DNA of 64,000 nt from Bugula neritina (lineage: Eukaryota > Animalia > Bryozoa): NCBI GenBank assembly GCA_964035545.1, contig OZ037771.1, positions 15,533,289 to 15,597,288 on the forward strand, in the 5' to 3' direction. Of this stretch, positions 31,101 through 45,473 are shown piece after piece (position 1 is the stretch's first letter; the number at the start of each line of letters is the position of its first letter). The notes beneath the pieces are model-generated. The model searched no databases. It saw only the letters and a list, made by a program, of their open reading frames with translations, and was not told the DNA's origin. The position numbers and the translations under genes are program-made.

Positions 31101-34100
31101 TAATGTACCAATTATTACATTATTAATATACCTTATAAGTTATCTGATAATATAATATAATATAAAAGACAGTATATGTAATATAACAAGTGTCTTTACA
31201 TTATATGGAAGGTTGGTAAGCAATTATTATAATGATTGTTTTATATAATATTATTTCATACTGTGCTTCATTCATTTAGCCATCTATAATTTCATGTGCT
31301 ACAAAATTCTTAGCCTGTGATCTGTCTATGCATTGTCTTGTTAATAATCTTAACGTAACTTTATACTGTACAACATGACAGCTATGCTAGTCATCTACAT
31401 ATAGTGTGTTATGTTAAAGTGCAGATATAGTATACTGCAAGAATATTCTATCACCTTTCCTGGCACATAACTGCAGGTGTATATATTACTAATTAGAGAG
31501 TTGTGTGGGAGTCGCCTCCATCTAGTTCCTGCCTTAGCATCATCATTTCCTCTCATGATGTCATCTCTGCATGATGTTCTTAGAGTATATGCAGTGTCTA
31601 ATGAATGCTATGTACATGTGTCATACTGTCTCACTGTTATACCTGCATGGTGTGCGGACTACAGCATTTCCTTCATTTTAATGCTTCATTTGTTTTATTT
31701 GAAATTTCACATGGCCCTAAATGGTTACCATGGCGATATGATGTGTTGATGTCATTTAATATGTGGGAAGGTACCTTTCATTTTGTTACTTTGTTCAAGT
31801 TCCTACTCTATCTCAGCAGGTTCTAAGACTAGCAAGTGTCATAATCAGGACACTATGTTATTAGCCTGATTAACCTACAAGAACACAATAAAATATATGC
31901 CATGCTGTTCTGAAGATAATGAAAGTTTGTCATTAAGCTTTTCAAGTGTAGTGTGAATGAATGCTGCATATCCAAGTGTGAATAGAGAGAGAGAATAGAG
32001 AGAGAGAATAGAGAGAGAGAATAGAGAGAGAGAATAGAGAGAGAGAATAGAGAGAGAGAATAGAGAGAGAGAGAATAGAGAGAGAGAGAATAGAGAGAGA
32101 GAGAATAGAGAGAGAGAATAGAGTAGGGGGCATGACTTGATATTCTCCTGTTACCAGATTACTTGATACACTCATAACAGGCTGTGCTGTAGCATGCTTT
32201 ACATAACACTTTAGCACATAACACATAACACTGTTTTAAACTTTGATAGGCTGTGTTGGAAAAAAGACAGCGCTGTTTAGAAGTCATCAACAGAGTTGCC
32301 AGAATGGAAGACCTATTTTCGGTAAGTTTTTATTTGAGTGATTTGCTGGGGCTGAATAAAGATTATATAATCTTTGCAATGATGTGAGTTAAGTGAATGC
32401 AGTCTGCTCATCTAGTTGAGAGTGTCTTCAGTTCTATGAGAGTTTCTGGTTTCTGTAGACTTTGAGTTTTGATGTGGAGACAACTGCTCTGGAGCTGTCC
32501 AAGAAATCACAGGCTACACTCAGCTCTTCAAACCCAGGAGCTGCTGAATCCTATACTTCCCAAATACTATCTGAGGTGACTATTAACTAATAACTCACAA
32601 ATACTATCTGAGGTGACTATTAACTAATAACTCACAAATACTATCTGAGGTGACTATTAACTAGTAACTCACTAATACTATCTGAGGTGAATATTAACTA
32701 GTAAACAAGTGTATTGTGAGCTTTAGAAAATAGTTTATCAGTTCACAAAATATTTATTCAAACAGCAAAACCTTAGAATTTGTTTTCCATGTGCTGTAGT
32801 TGAACTCTGTATTTCTAAATTTTATCAGTTGTCTTGTTTGACAAACTTAAAGTCTGACGACTGATAAGAGTTTCAATAAAATGTAACTTCACCTGAGTAT
32901 GTGTAAATTCACCTGAGAATGTAACTTCACCTGAGTATGTGTAACTTCACCTGAGTATGTAACTTCACCTGAGAATGTAACTTCACCTGAGTATGTGTAA
33001 CTTCACCTGAGTATGTAACTTCACCTGAGTATGTAACTTCACCTGAATATGTAACTTCACCTGAGTGTGTGTAACTTCACCTGAGTATGTAACTTCACCT
33101 GAGTATGTAACTTCACCTGAGTGTAGCCTGGCACTGGCGACACCCTTGTCAAGGAGTTATGCTCTCCACATATATAGTTACTGTGTGCGCCATCTTCTCT
33201 CATGTCTCACATGCTGTGAATTATATTTAGTAGTATATTCTGAGTCCTACGTACTTCACTCTGTGTCTTCTATTCTGTAGAACTGTATAAGGAGTGTACA
33301 GGAGAGTTGGAATTATCTCCACTCATTAGCTCACTGTAACCATGTACACCTACAGGACGCTGCATCTTACCACCAGGTAAGTGACATCATAGCGAGTCAT
33401 GTGACACACACACACTATAGCGAGTCATGTGACACACACACTATAGCAAGTCATGTGACACACACACACTATAGCAAGTCATGTGACACACACACTATAG
33501 CAAGTCATGTGACACCCACATCATAGGAAGTCATGTGGCACACACACACTAATAAGCTATGGGTAAAGTGTTACTGTTGCAAGACTGTTGTGCTAAAAAT
33601 ATTAGAAAATGTCAACTTGTGGAAGTTGATGTATCAACAATATATAAAAAGAGTGGTAATGGCAAAACTTAAAATTCGTATCTCTGTGTTAGTGCCTTGC
33701 TATCAGCTGTTCGTAAACATATTTCACTTTTGTTGTGAGATTTCCATGTTGTGTCTATCCGAACACTCACCTGGCAGGTTTATAGCACCACTGTAGTACA
33801 GCTCTCTGTTGTGTGCAATGACTTCTCCAATATATTACTATGTTAAACTGATTGGGCAGTTCTGGCACGAGGTTGAAGAGAGCAATGAGTGGCTGCAGTA
33901 CCAGCTGAACAGAGTGCCGGAGTTGTTCTCTCTCAAGAGACCGGTGTCTGGCTCCACTCACCAACTCAGACAGACAATGAGAGACATGATGGAACTTCTC
34001 AAGGACTACCTGCAGGTAACAGCTCCTTCTACTGATTGTCAAGTATGAATATGAGTTTGTTGAGAGACAGTTATACAGATACTTGTAGTGTGTCGCTCTG

Positions 34101-37100
34101 ATATGTAATTATGTGACTACGCAGTGGCAGACAAGGCTGGACCTGCTGTATGACAGAGCTAAGCACATTGTGCCCCTCAGAGCCAGAACAGACAGACTAA
34201 CGAGTCCCCGACAAGCTCAGGTTTTAGTGGACTTCAAGGCTGGCGAGGTGAGTTGAGTTAGCACAGTATATAAGTATATAAGTATATAAGTACACACAGT
34301 TCACCTTACAGTGAGTTGTCTCACCTGTTTATATAACATTCTTACAGTGTGACTTGAGAGAAGGAGACACAGTGACTGTAGTAGACAACTCCAATGTGAA
34401 GACATGGAGGATACAGGTTCACCAAGCAGACAGTTTAGAAGGAGACGACTCCCAGTCAGAGCACACGGTACCAGCTATTATCATACAGATACCCCCTACA
34501 GACCCTTCAGCTCAGGACGCTGCCTTGAGACTGCGGCTCCAACTGCTGTCTCTCTGGACAGCCTCCACAAAGGTGCTGAGTCGTCAAGTTACCAGAGTTC
34601 TTCTGGAGGTGTTTAAAGACTGGAACGAGAATGGCAAGGTAAGCCACGCAGTCTAGTCCTGGTGCAGATTCCATCTACAAGGAAGGTAGATGTAGTAAGA
34701 ACATGTTATAGCAGATGAACTGTGGTGTGAGGTGTGAGTTGCTCTGTCAGAGCATAAAGTGTAAGGAGCTGTATATATATGTTTATATTATGCTATTATA
34801 CTAAGCAGCTTAGGCTAATGGTTTTATTCTGACTTTAGGCATCACAGTTTGAAAGAATATCAGAAGAGCAAAGAGTTAGTTTAGTGAATACAGTAGCATT
34901 CATGGAGCGTACTCTGGGGTTCACTGCCAAGGGGTTCACAAATGAGGGGTTGCCAGGCTATGATCAGCTGACCAAGAGCACTGGAGACATAATTGATTAC
35001 ATTCAGAGTAAAGACTACACACTGGACGGAGACAATCATAAAGTCACCATCATCATTCAAGTTAACTACCTCAGCAAGTTCCTACAGAGATACTGGGTGG
35101 GTGATTCCCTGCCCATCCACACTTGACTTTGCATATATACAATTTTTAGCTTCAGCATTTTTAGTATAATCAGAGTGCAAATTCAATGATTCAATAAGTA
35201 AATACATAAACTAAGGCTAAACTCTATAAGACTTTGCATTTCTGTAAACTTCCGCATTGTACCTGATGAGTTTGACGCCCGACCATATTCTAATTAATAT
35301 CAGACACATATTCTCTGTGATGTTACATATGCAGGACTTCTGGACATACTGTGACACGTACAGAGTTGTGTTGGAGCAGCTAAGGCAACCAAAGAACATA
35401 TTTATATGTACTAAACCGAGTGACATCAAGTATATCACGACGGCGCACTTTGTGAAGTGAGTATTGAATGCACAGTGTGTTATACCTGCACCACTAGTGT
35501 GGGTACAAGGGTGCTGTCTGTATACTATATAGTGTGAGACACTAGGCTGACAGCGTTGTATGTCACATCTCTGTATCTCATAGGTACTGGGATTGTGATC
35601 TAGAAGATAGAGATCAATGTGAAACTCAAGTAGAAGAAGAGGTTATTGCAGCTGATCAAACAGACTCTCTATACAGTAAATTATTTAACTTATACAGATG
35701 TACTTGTTTTACCTTTAGCTAATACTTTAAGTTGTCTCCTCTCTAGTTTAGTACTGTGAGTTGTCTCCTCTCTAGTATTAGTATTGTGAGTTGTCTCCTC
35801 TCTAGTATTAGTATTGTGAGTTGTCTCCTCTCTAGTATTAGTACTGTGAGTTGTCTCCTCTCTAGTATCAGTACTGTGAGTTGTCTTCTCTCTAGTATTA
35901 GTACTGTGAGTTGTCTCCTCTCTAGTATTAGTACTGTGAGTTGTCTCCTCTCTAGTATTAGTAATGTGAGTTGTCTCCTCTGTTGCTGCAGGTGCAAATA
36001 GAAGAGACTCCAGCAACTCTGAAGAAGAATTCTTTGACTCGGGAACAACTGAGAGGCAAACAGAAACGGAGGAAGTCATTGAGTCGGAGGTAGAGCAGAG
36101 TTTATTATGTGTCAAGTGTGCTGATTGGTTAATGTGACTATGTGCAGGCACCTTACTGGCCAATCATTAGTAGCCAATCAAACAACTCCAGTCAAGAACA
36201 TGACTATTATACTAACATATACTACTATATTATACTAACATATGCTACTGTATTATACTAACATATGCTACTATATTATACTAACATATGCTACTATATT
36301 ATACTAACATATGCTACTATAATATAGTAACATATGCTACTATATTATACTAACATATACTACTATATTATACTAACATATGCTACTATATTATACTAAC
36401 ATATACTACTATATTATACTAACATATGCTACTATATTATACTAACATATACTATTATATTATACTAACATATGTTACTATATTATACTAACATATACTA
36501 CTATATTATACTAACATATGCTACTATAATATACTAACATATGCTACTATATTATACTAACATATGCTACTATATTATACTAACATATGCTACTATAATA
36601 TAGTAACATATGCTACTATATTATACTAACATATACTACTATATTATACTAACATATGCTACTATATTATACTAACATATACTACTATATTATACTAACA
36701 TATGCTACTATATTATACTAACATATACTATTATATTATACTAACATATGTTACTATATTATACTAACATATACTACTATATTATACTAACATATGCTAC
36801 TATAATATAGTAACATATACTACTATATTATACTAACATATACTACTATATTATACTAACATATACTACTATAATATAGTAACATATGCTACTATATTAT
36901 ACTAACATATGCTACTATATTATACTAACATATGCTACTATATTATACTAACATATGCTACTATATTATACTAACATATACTACTATATTATACTAACAT
37001 ATACTACTATATTATACTAACATATACTACTATATTATACTAACATATACTACTATATTATACTAACATATACTACTATATTATACTAACATATACTACT

Positions 37101-40100
37101 ATATTATACTAACATATGCTACTATATTATACTAACATATGCTACTATATTATACTAACATATACTACTATATTATACTAACATATACTACTATATTATA
37201 CTAACATATGCTACTATATTATACTAACATATACTACTATATTATACTAACATATACTACTATATTATACTAACATATACTACTATATTATACTAACATA
37301 TGCTACTATATTATACTAACATATGCTACTATATTATACTAACATATACTACTATATTATACTAACATATACTACTATATTATACTAACATATGCTACTA
37401 TATTATACTAACATATACTACTATATTATACTAACATATACTACTATATTATACTAACATATACTACTATATTATACTAACATATACTACTATATTATAC
37501 TAACATATGCTACTATATTATACTAACATATGCTACTATATTATACTAACATATACTACTATATTATACTAACATATACTACTATATTATACTAACATAT
37601 GCTACTATATTATACTAACATATGCTACTATATTATACTAACATATACTACTATATTATACTAACATATACTACTATATTATACTAACATATGCTACTAT
37701 ATTATACTAACATATACTACTATATTATACTAACATATACTACTATATTATACTAACATATACTACTATATTATACTAACATATACTACTATATTATACT
37801 AACATATACTACTATATTATACTAACATATACTACTATATTATACTAACATATACTACTATATTATACTAACATATGCTACTATATTATACTAACATATG
37901 CTACTATATTATACTAACATATACTACTATATTATACTAACATATACTACTATATTATACTAACATATACTACTATATTATACTAACATATACTACTATA
38001 TTATACTAACATATACTACTATATTATACTAACATATACTACTATATTATACTAACATATACTACTATATTATACTAACATATACTACTATATTATACTA
38101 ACATATACTACTATATTATACTAACATATACTACTATATTATACTAACATATACTACTATATTATACTAACATATGCTACTATATTATACTAACATATGC
38201 TACTATATTATACTAACATATACTACTATATTATACTAACATATACTACTATATTATACTAACATATGCTACTATATTATACTAACATATACTACTATAT
38301 TATACTAACATATACTACTATATTATACTAACATATACTACTATATTATACTAACATATACTACTATATTATACTAACATATGCTACTATATTATACTAA
38401 CATATGCTACTATATTATACTAACATATACTACTATATTATACTAACATATACTACTATATTATACTAACATATGCTACTATATTATACTAACATATGCT
38501 ACTATATTATACTAACATATACTACTATATTATACTAACATATACTACTATATTATACTAACATATGCTACTATATTATACTAACATATACTACTATATT
38601 ATACTAACATATACTACTATATTATACTAACATATACTACTATATTATACTAACATATACTACTATATTATACTAACATATACTACTATATTATACTAAC
38701 ATATGCTACTATATTATACTAACATATGCTACTATATTATACTAACATATGCTACTATATTATACTAACATATACTACTATATTATACTAACATATACTA
38801 CTATATTATACTAACATATACTACTATATTATACTAACATATACTACTATATTATACTAACATATACTACTATATTATACTAACATATGCTACTATATTA
38901 TACTAACATATGCTACTATATTATACTAACATATACTACTATATTATACTAACATATACTACTATATTATACTAACATATGCTACTATATTATACTAACA
39001 TATGCTACTATATTATACTAACATATACTACTATATTATACTAACATATACTACTATATTATACTAACATATGCTACTATATTATACTAACATATACTAC
39101 TATATTATACTAACATATGCTACTATACTATACTAACATATGCTACTATATTATACTAACATATGCTACTATATTATACTAACATATACTACTATATTAT
39201 ACTAACATATACTACTATATTATACTAACATATACTACTATATTATACTAACATATACTACTATATTATACTAACATATACTACTATATTATACTAACAT
39301 ATACTACTATATTATACTAACATATGCTACTATATTATACTAACATATGCTACTATATTATACTAACATATACTACTATATTATACTAACATATACTACT
39401 ATATTATACTAACATATGCTACTATATTATACTAACATATGCTACTATATTATACTAACATATACTACTATATTATACTAACATATACTACTATATTATA
39501 CTAACATATACTACTATATTATACTAACATATGCTACTATATTATACTAACATATGCTACTATATTATACTAACATATACTACTATATTATACTAACATA
39601 TACTACTATATTATACTAACATATGCTACTATATTATACTAACATATGCTACTATATTATACTAACATATACTACTATATTATACTAACATATACTACTA
39701 TATTATACTAACATATGCTACTATATTATACTAACATATACTACTATATTATACTAACATATACTACTATATTATACTAACATATACTACTATATTATAC
39801 TAACATATACTACTATATTATACTAACATATGCTACTATATTATACTAACATATGCTACTATATTATACTAACATATACTACTATATTATACTAACATAT
39901 ACTACTATATTATACTAACATATGCTACTATATTATACTAACATATGTTACTATATTATACTAACATATGCTACTGTATTATACTAACATATGCTACTAT
40001 ATTATACTAACATATACTACTATATTATACTAACATATACTACTATATTATACTAACATATGCTACTGTATTATACTAACATATGCTACTATATTATACT

Positions 40101-42675
40101 AACATATACTACTATATTATACTAACATATGCTACTATATTATACTAACATATGCTACTGTATTATACTAACATATGCTACTATATTATACTAACATATA
40201 CTACTATATTATACTAACATATACTACTATATTATACTAACATATGATACTATATTATACTAACATATACTACTATATTATACTAACATATGTTACTATA
40301 TTATACTAACATATGCTACTATATTATACTAACATATACTACTATATTATACTAACATATACTACTATATTATACTAACATATGCTACTATATTATACTA
40401 ACATATGTTACTATATTATACTAACATATGCTACTGTATTATACTAACATATGCTACTATATTATACTAACATATACTACTATATTATACTAACATATGC
40501 TACTATATTATACTAACATATGCTACTATATTATACTAACATATACTACTATATTTGAATGATTTATTGTAGATGGAGGTGGAGACAACTTTCGTAATCA
40601 CAGGTATAGTGAGTAACCCTGGAGAAGAATGTGAAGTTATCATCTCTCTGCAGGATGCCATAGACTGTAGAATAATAGATCCAGAGCAGGGTCTATATGT
40701 TAACAGAGCGACACTCACATCCATGCCTATACCTCAGGCTATGAACGAAGGTCTTATTAAGGTAACAGACTGAGAGTTGAATATCCTTATAGCTAGTAGT
40801 GGTTGGCTATTCCTAAGCTGAATATAAAGCTAGCAAATAGCTGAATACAGAAAGCAAGCAGAGATCTGTAGTTAACAGATAAGAAACAGAGTGGCTGTAG
40901 TACTGTCTTCTGTTATGCTATGTGATGTACTCTATTATCTACACAGATGGGACCCAAGAAGGAGAAAGTAACTGAGGAGAAGGTGAAGTCTTCAGGAGTA
41001 ATCACTCTACGTGCAACTAGAGAGACTAGACCGTACACAGTGCAGCAGGCGTTGGACACGAGGACAGGGGAGATGATCCCGGCTAGACTAGCTCATGGTG
41101 AGTAACCTGTGTCATGTTACTCACCTCATCACCCGTGTGACATGTTAGTCACCTCATCACCTGTGTGACATGATACTCACCTCATCACCTGTGTTTGTAG
41201 TTAGAGGAATCCTAGACTCAGATCATGGCACATACAAGGACTTGGAGAAGGGCACCGTCATGTTGATAGGAGATGCAGTGGAACACAGACTAGTGGACAT
41301 AGAATATGAGGCTAACAATTACAGTGAGCATCTTTTCTATCTTTATTTATACTGCAGTAGACTTAGGGAGTACAATTAAATACCGTTTTACTCTGTCACC
41401 CTCTACTTTTGTAAATTCTCTTCTAGCTCATGCAGGTAACTCATGCAGGTAACTCATGCAGGTAACTCATGCAGGTAACTCATGCAGGTAACTCATGCAG
41501 GTAACTCATGCAGGTAACTCATGCAGGTAACTCATGCAGGTAACTTTATCAGGTCATACAGTGTCTAATTATTATAAAAGTGTTTTCTTATTATAGAAAA
41601 AGATAACAATTTAAAGCCACGTAAGCTGCCTATTTACCCTGTCCCTTGATATGTCCCTCCAACATGTCCCTTGATATGCTCCCTTCCTAACATGTCCCTT
41701 GATATGCTCCCTTCCTAACATGTCCCTTGATATGCCCCCTTCCTAACATGTCCCTTGATATGCCCCCTGATATGTCCTCCTTAATACGTCCCTTCCTAAC
41801 ATGTCCCAGATATTAACCCTTGACATGTCCCCTGATATGCTGCAATTTCCACTAGCTTACATTCTTGTTAGAATATTTGTGTTTGTTTGAACAGAAAAGA
41901 GCAGGAAAATATGAGCTGTGAAACTAAACTGGATTTGGAAATAAAAATACTAGCTAAAACATGAAAATGACACGTATGCAATGAGTATCTACCTGGTGTA
42001 TACATCTACCTGGTGTATACATTTACCTGGTGTATACACCAGGTAGATGTATACACCAGGTAGGTGTATACACCAGGTAGGTGTATACACCTACCTGGTG
42101 TATACATCAACTTCGTGTATACATACTCTACAAATACTTGGGTAACGAGTTATAGAACATTTCAACAGGTACTGTACTTGAAGAGGTAACCAAGACATAC
42201 TCAGTACACGAAGTAGTCTGTCAGAAGACTAACCAGAGACTCTCCTTTCACCAGGCAGTAGCTGCGGGGATTCTGGACAAGGATTCTGGAGATTATCTGA
42301 ACAATGTGACAGGAGAGAAGGTGTTTGTGGTGGACGCCATCAACAGAGGTGTGTTACTTCCTTCACACTTTATATACTCTCTGTATACTCTCTGTATTAT
42401 ACTCTCTGTATACTCTCTCTGTATACTCTCTGTATACTCTCTGTATACTCTCTGTATACTCTCTGTATACTCTCTGTATACTCTCTGTATACTCTCTGTA
42501 TACTCTCTGTATACTCTCTGTATACTCTCTGTATACTCTCTGTATACTCTCTGTATACTCTCTGTATACTCTCTGTATACTCTGTATACTCTCTGTATAC
42601 TCTGTATACTCTGTATACTCCATTACTCTTACAGGATACATTATTGGAGAAGAGAACAGCTGTGGCACTACATAG
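28177..42675 (+). CDS. Compact plakin-family protein (partial plakin domain with spectrin repeats and SH3, acidic linker, C-terminal plakin/PLEC repeats), ~720-770 aa
   Basis: In-frame GT-AG exons: 28177-28302, 29157-29210, 32250-32321, 32459-32575, 33281-33376 (WNYLHSLAHCNHVHLQDAASYHQ), 33860-34015 (FWHEVEE), 34125-34247 (AKHIVPLRAR...VLVDF), 34348-34638 (SH3 LREGDTVTVVDNS...WRI...VPAIII.IPP), 34839-35096, 35335-35456, 35584-35675, 35992-36089, 40573-40761 (ISLQDAI..RIIDPEQGLY...MPIPQAMNEGLIK), 40947-41097, 41201-41323, (41427-41435), 42169-42348 and 42635-42675 (stop). The start codon and first two exons are uncertain. Confidence 0.85.
32880..33123. repeat. 18-20-bp minisatellite
   Basis: Unit ATGTAACTTCACCTGAGT. 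Confidence 0.9.
35730..35980 (+). repeat. 30-bp array of acceptor-like units upstream of plakin exon 35992
   Basis: Unit GTACTGTGAGTTGTCTCCTCTCTAGTATTA; the last copy runs into the real acceptor. Confidence 0.9.
36205..40555. repeat. 4.3-kb intronic 23-bp satellite
   Basis: Unit TACTATATTATACTAACATAT(A/G)C, ~190 copies, ending just before the acceptor at 40572. Confidence 0.97.
41427..41543 (+). repeat. 13-bp array equal to a candidate 9-nt microexon plus donor, 9 copies
   Basis: (CTCATGCAG|GTAA)x9 immediately after the acceptor aattctcttctag. Confidence 0.9.
41986..42110. repeat. 17-bp repeat that switches orientation at palindromic cores
   Basis: CTACCTGGTGTATACAT units invert at CCTGGTGTATACACCAGG and later revert. 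Confidence 0.9.
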
Positions 42676-44674
42676 TAACATGCTACAAGTCATGTTATCT
42701 TATCACAGGTAATACTACTACTGTACTCACAGCTCAACTATAACCTCTCCATGCATCTAACTACTTCTTCGAACCAGCCTCCCTAATCTCTCTCCCTCTT
42801 CCCCTCTCTCTCCCCCTTCCCCTCTCCATCTCCCCCCTCCATCTCCCCCCTCTCTCTCTCTCTCTCCCCCCTCCATCTCCCCCCTCTCTCTCTCTCTCCC
42901 CCTCCCTCTCTCCACAAGATCACTGCATATATTATACATTTAGTTTCTGAAACACATCAGTTTTTTTGAAGATAATTGTTTCAAACACAACTGGCAGACC
43001 TTGCTTAGCCCTACATAAAAACAGTTATTCTTTCTTTGTCTGGTCTAAAAAGTTGTCAATTTAGTTAACTGAGATTAATTGTATGGAGTATATCCTAGGA
43101 TTATTTGTATTCACTGTTGGCTACATTGTACATTGTGTTGCTTTCGCTTGCTGTCTGCATTGATGGCTATTAATTGCTGCTACTTTATTCACCATTCAGT
43201 GAAAAGTCTAACTACCTTGACTGGGAGATCTCGGTAACCCAGGGATTAAGGAGAAGATAAAAACCCTCTCATAACATTGAAAGGTATGGAGGCAGTCGTT
43301 ATGCTCCATGACTGCCGATATCGTACCTGGAATCTATTACTTCCACTAATAGTATACTGACCTTTTATATACTCAGCTATACTGACTAATATTTGAGAAT
43401 GTTCTATATTTGCTAATCACCAGGGATTTTAGGTTTCTATAAAACTGGTATAGAATTTTGAATTTGAATTTGCAAATAGCTATTTACAAATCTACAAACA
43501 CCTAGTTGATCACAGTTCACATAAATTCACATTTAGAATGGCTATAATATTTTTAATAATACAGTCAGTAGGCGGAGTTAGTAGTTTGTATGTTTTATAT
43601 TACATATAGAAAGTATATTTTATATTACGTATATAATGTGTATTTTATATTATATATAAAATATGTAATATAAAATATATATTTCAGATTGCATTTTATA
43701 GAATGTAAATTTAATATTATACTGCACTGTTCAATTTGCTTGTTACCAGAATGTGCATTAAAAGTTGGAAAATTAATTAAAATTGCTAGATAGAATTTAG
43801 TATTTTTTCTTCATAAGCCAAGTACTGTATAGTGAGTATTATTAGTGTAGTTAAGATTACTGTTAAATTATTATCTAAACTGCACTTTAAGTAAGCATAA
43901 GTTACTGTTTATTGTTTGTCTTATTATAGTTTAATTCAATCTCATCGCACATTTAATAATATAATTAAGGATTTAAACTGAAAAAGAAATTGGTGGAAAA
44001 TATTTATTGCACTTAGATGCACATTGTAGCAAATTAATCCTTATTCTAAACACACTTGACAAAAGTTTAGGAAAGTTTTGCTACGCAAATTAATGTGATG
44101 AAGGTTTCCATGTACTCTCTGCAAAGGCAAAAAATGAATTTGCTCTATGTACCATTTTTATTAGACTGTATGTTTGGGTCTTTGGTGGTTGCATTAAACC
44201 TTACTAAAAATAAAAATTGCTTTTAAATGTCTCTTAAATTTAGAAGATTAAAAAACATGCTCTTGCTTTGAATTAGTCGTAATGTAAAAAATAATTTACC
44301 ATATTTTAGTTGTGGAAGAATCATAGTATGTCTCTAACTTGCTTATTCTTATGTATGTTTTGAGAAATGCTGCATATGGAGTTGTGCCTGATGCATTAGT
44401 GGGTCTAAACAAAGTTCTGGTGGCATTAGGAGTTGTCCCTAGCCACGATCTCCCAGTTTCCTATCAGCACAAAACTCACCTTTAAAGTTTTTGTGATATT
44501 TTAAAATAGGGACCAACTTCTTGAGCCATATAGTAAAGACAGTCAGAATAGTGCAATGGCAATGCTGCCCTCTCACAAATCCAATGCTCAAAGGTTCGAA
44601 GTCAGGTGGCAAAGAATTTTTTTGCAAAAAATTTCACAAAGCTTTTAACTACAATTAAAAAAACATAAAAGTCT

Positions 44675-44748
44675 GGGCAAATGTAGGGATTGAACCCACA
44701 TCTTGTTGATGTAGCTGTATCAAGCCACTGCCTCTGAGCTATTGCTGC
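44675..44748 (-). pseudogene. tRNA-like relic (tRNA pseudogene or tRNA-derived SINE head)
   Basis: The minus strand has an A-box-like TAGCTCAGAGG, a B-box GGTTCAATCC, and a T-stem GTGGG/CCTAC. The anticodon and acceptor arms pair poorly. Confidence 0.45.
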
Positions 44749-45473
44749 TTCTTGCTGAATAAAGGTAAAAAGTAGGTCTGAATTTTGACATCTTCAATGC
44801 TGCAAATGAGAGAAGCTTGTTCATATGCCTGTAGTTTGGCTCAATACTCTGGCTGTAACTTGACTTGAAGAATAGTCATTGCTGGCCAGCTATATAGTAG
44901 AGTTAATCAGGAAACAGATCACATGAGACTGTTATTTGAAATTTATTAAATAAATATAGCAACTTTATCTAATGCATTAATAATAATATTACTGATAAAA
45001 TGTAGAATTCAATATTTGTTGTATAAAACTAAAACCACAGTTGACTAATAGTTGAGGTTTGTACAATACATCACATTGTAGCAATATTGATTGCATATCT
45101 CCTTAGAAAGTAGTCTAATTACTAAGCCTTAACCCATGCAAGACACACACAAGAGTGAAGCTGAGTACACAAATAAAAAGAGTTATAAAATAGTGCAAGA
45201 AACATAAATGCTGTATACTAAACCCTCGTATATTGAAAAGGAAAGCTTTGTGTATAAGTAGACAAAAATATAAACCTGTTCCACAGTCAGATAGTAAGAA
45301 AACTATTATCCTGGTTAAGAAAAGAATAAAAGTACAACTAAGATTTGAAAATAGAAGGCGAGGTGGAGAAATCAATAAAGGGTAAAAGAAAACTGATCAA
45401 CTCGTTTATTTGAACACTAAAATTACTCGCTTGTTTGTGGTACGAGTGTAAGGAATTTCCGTCACCAAGAGGA

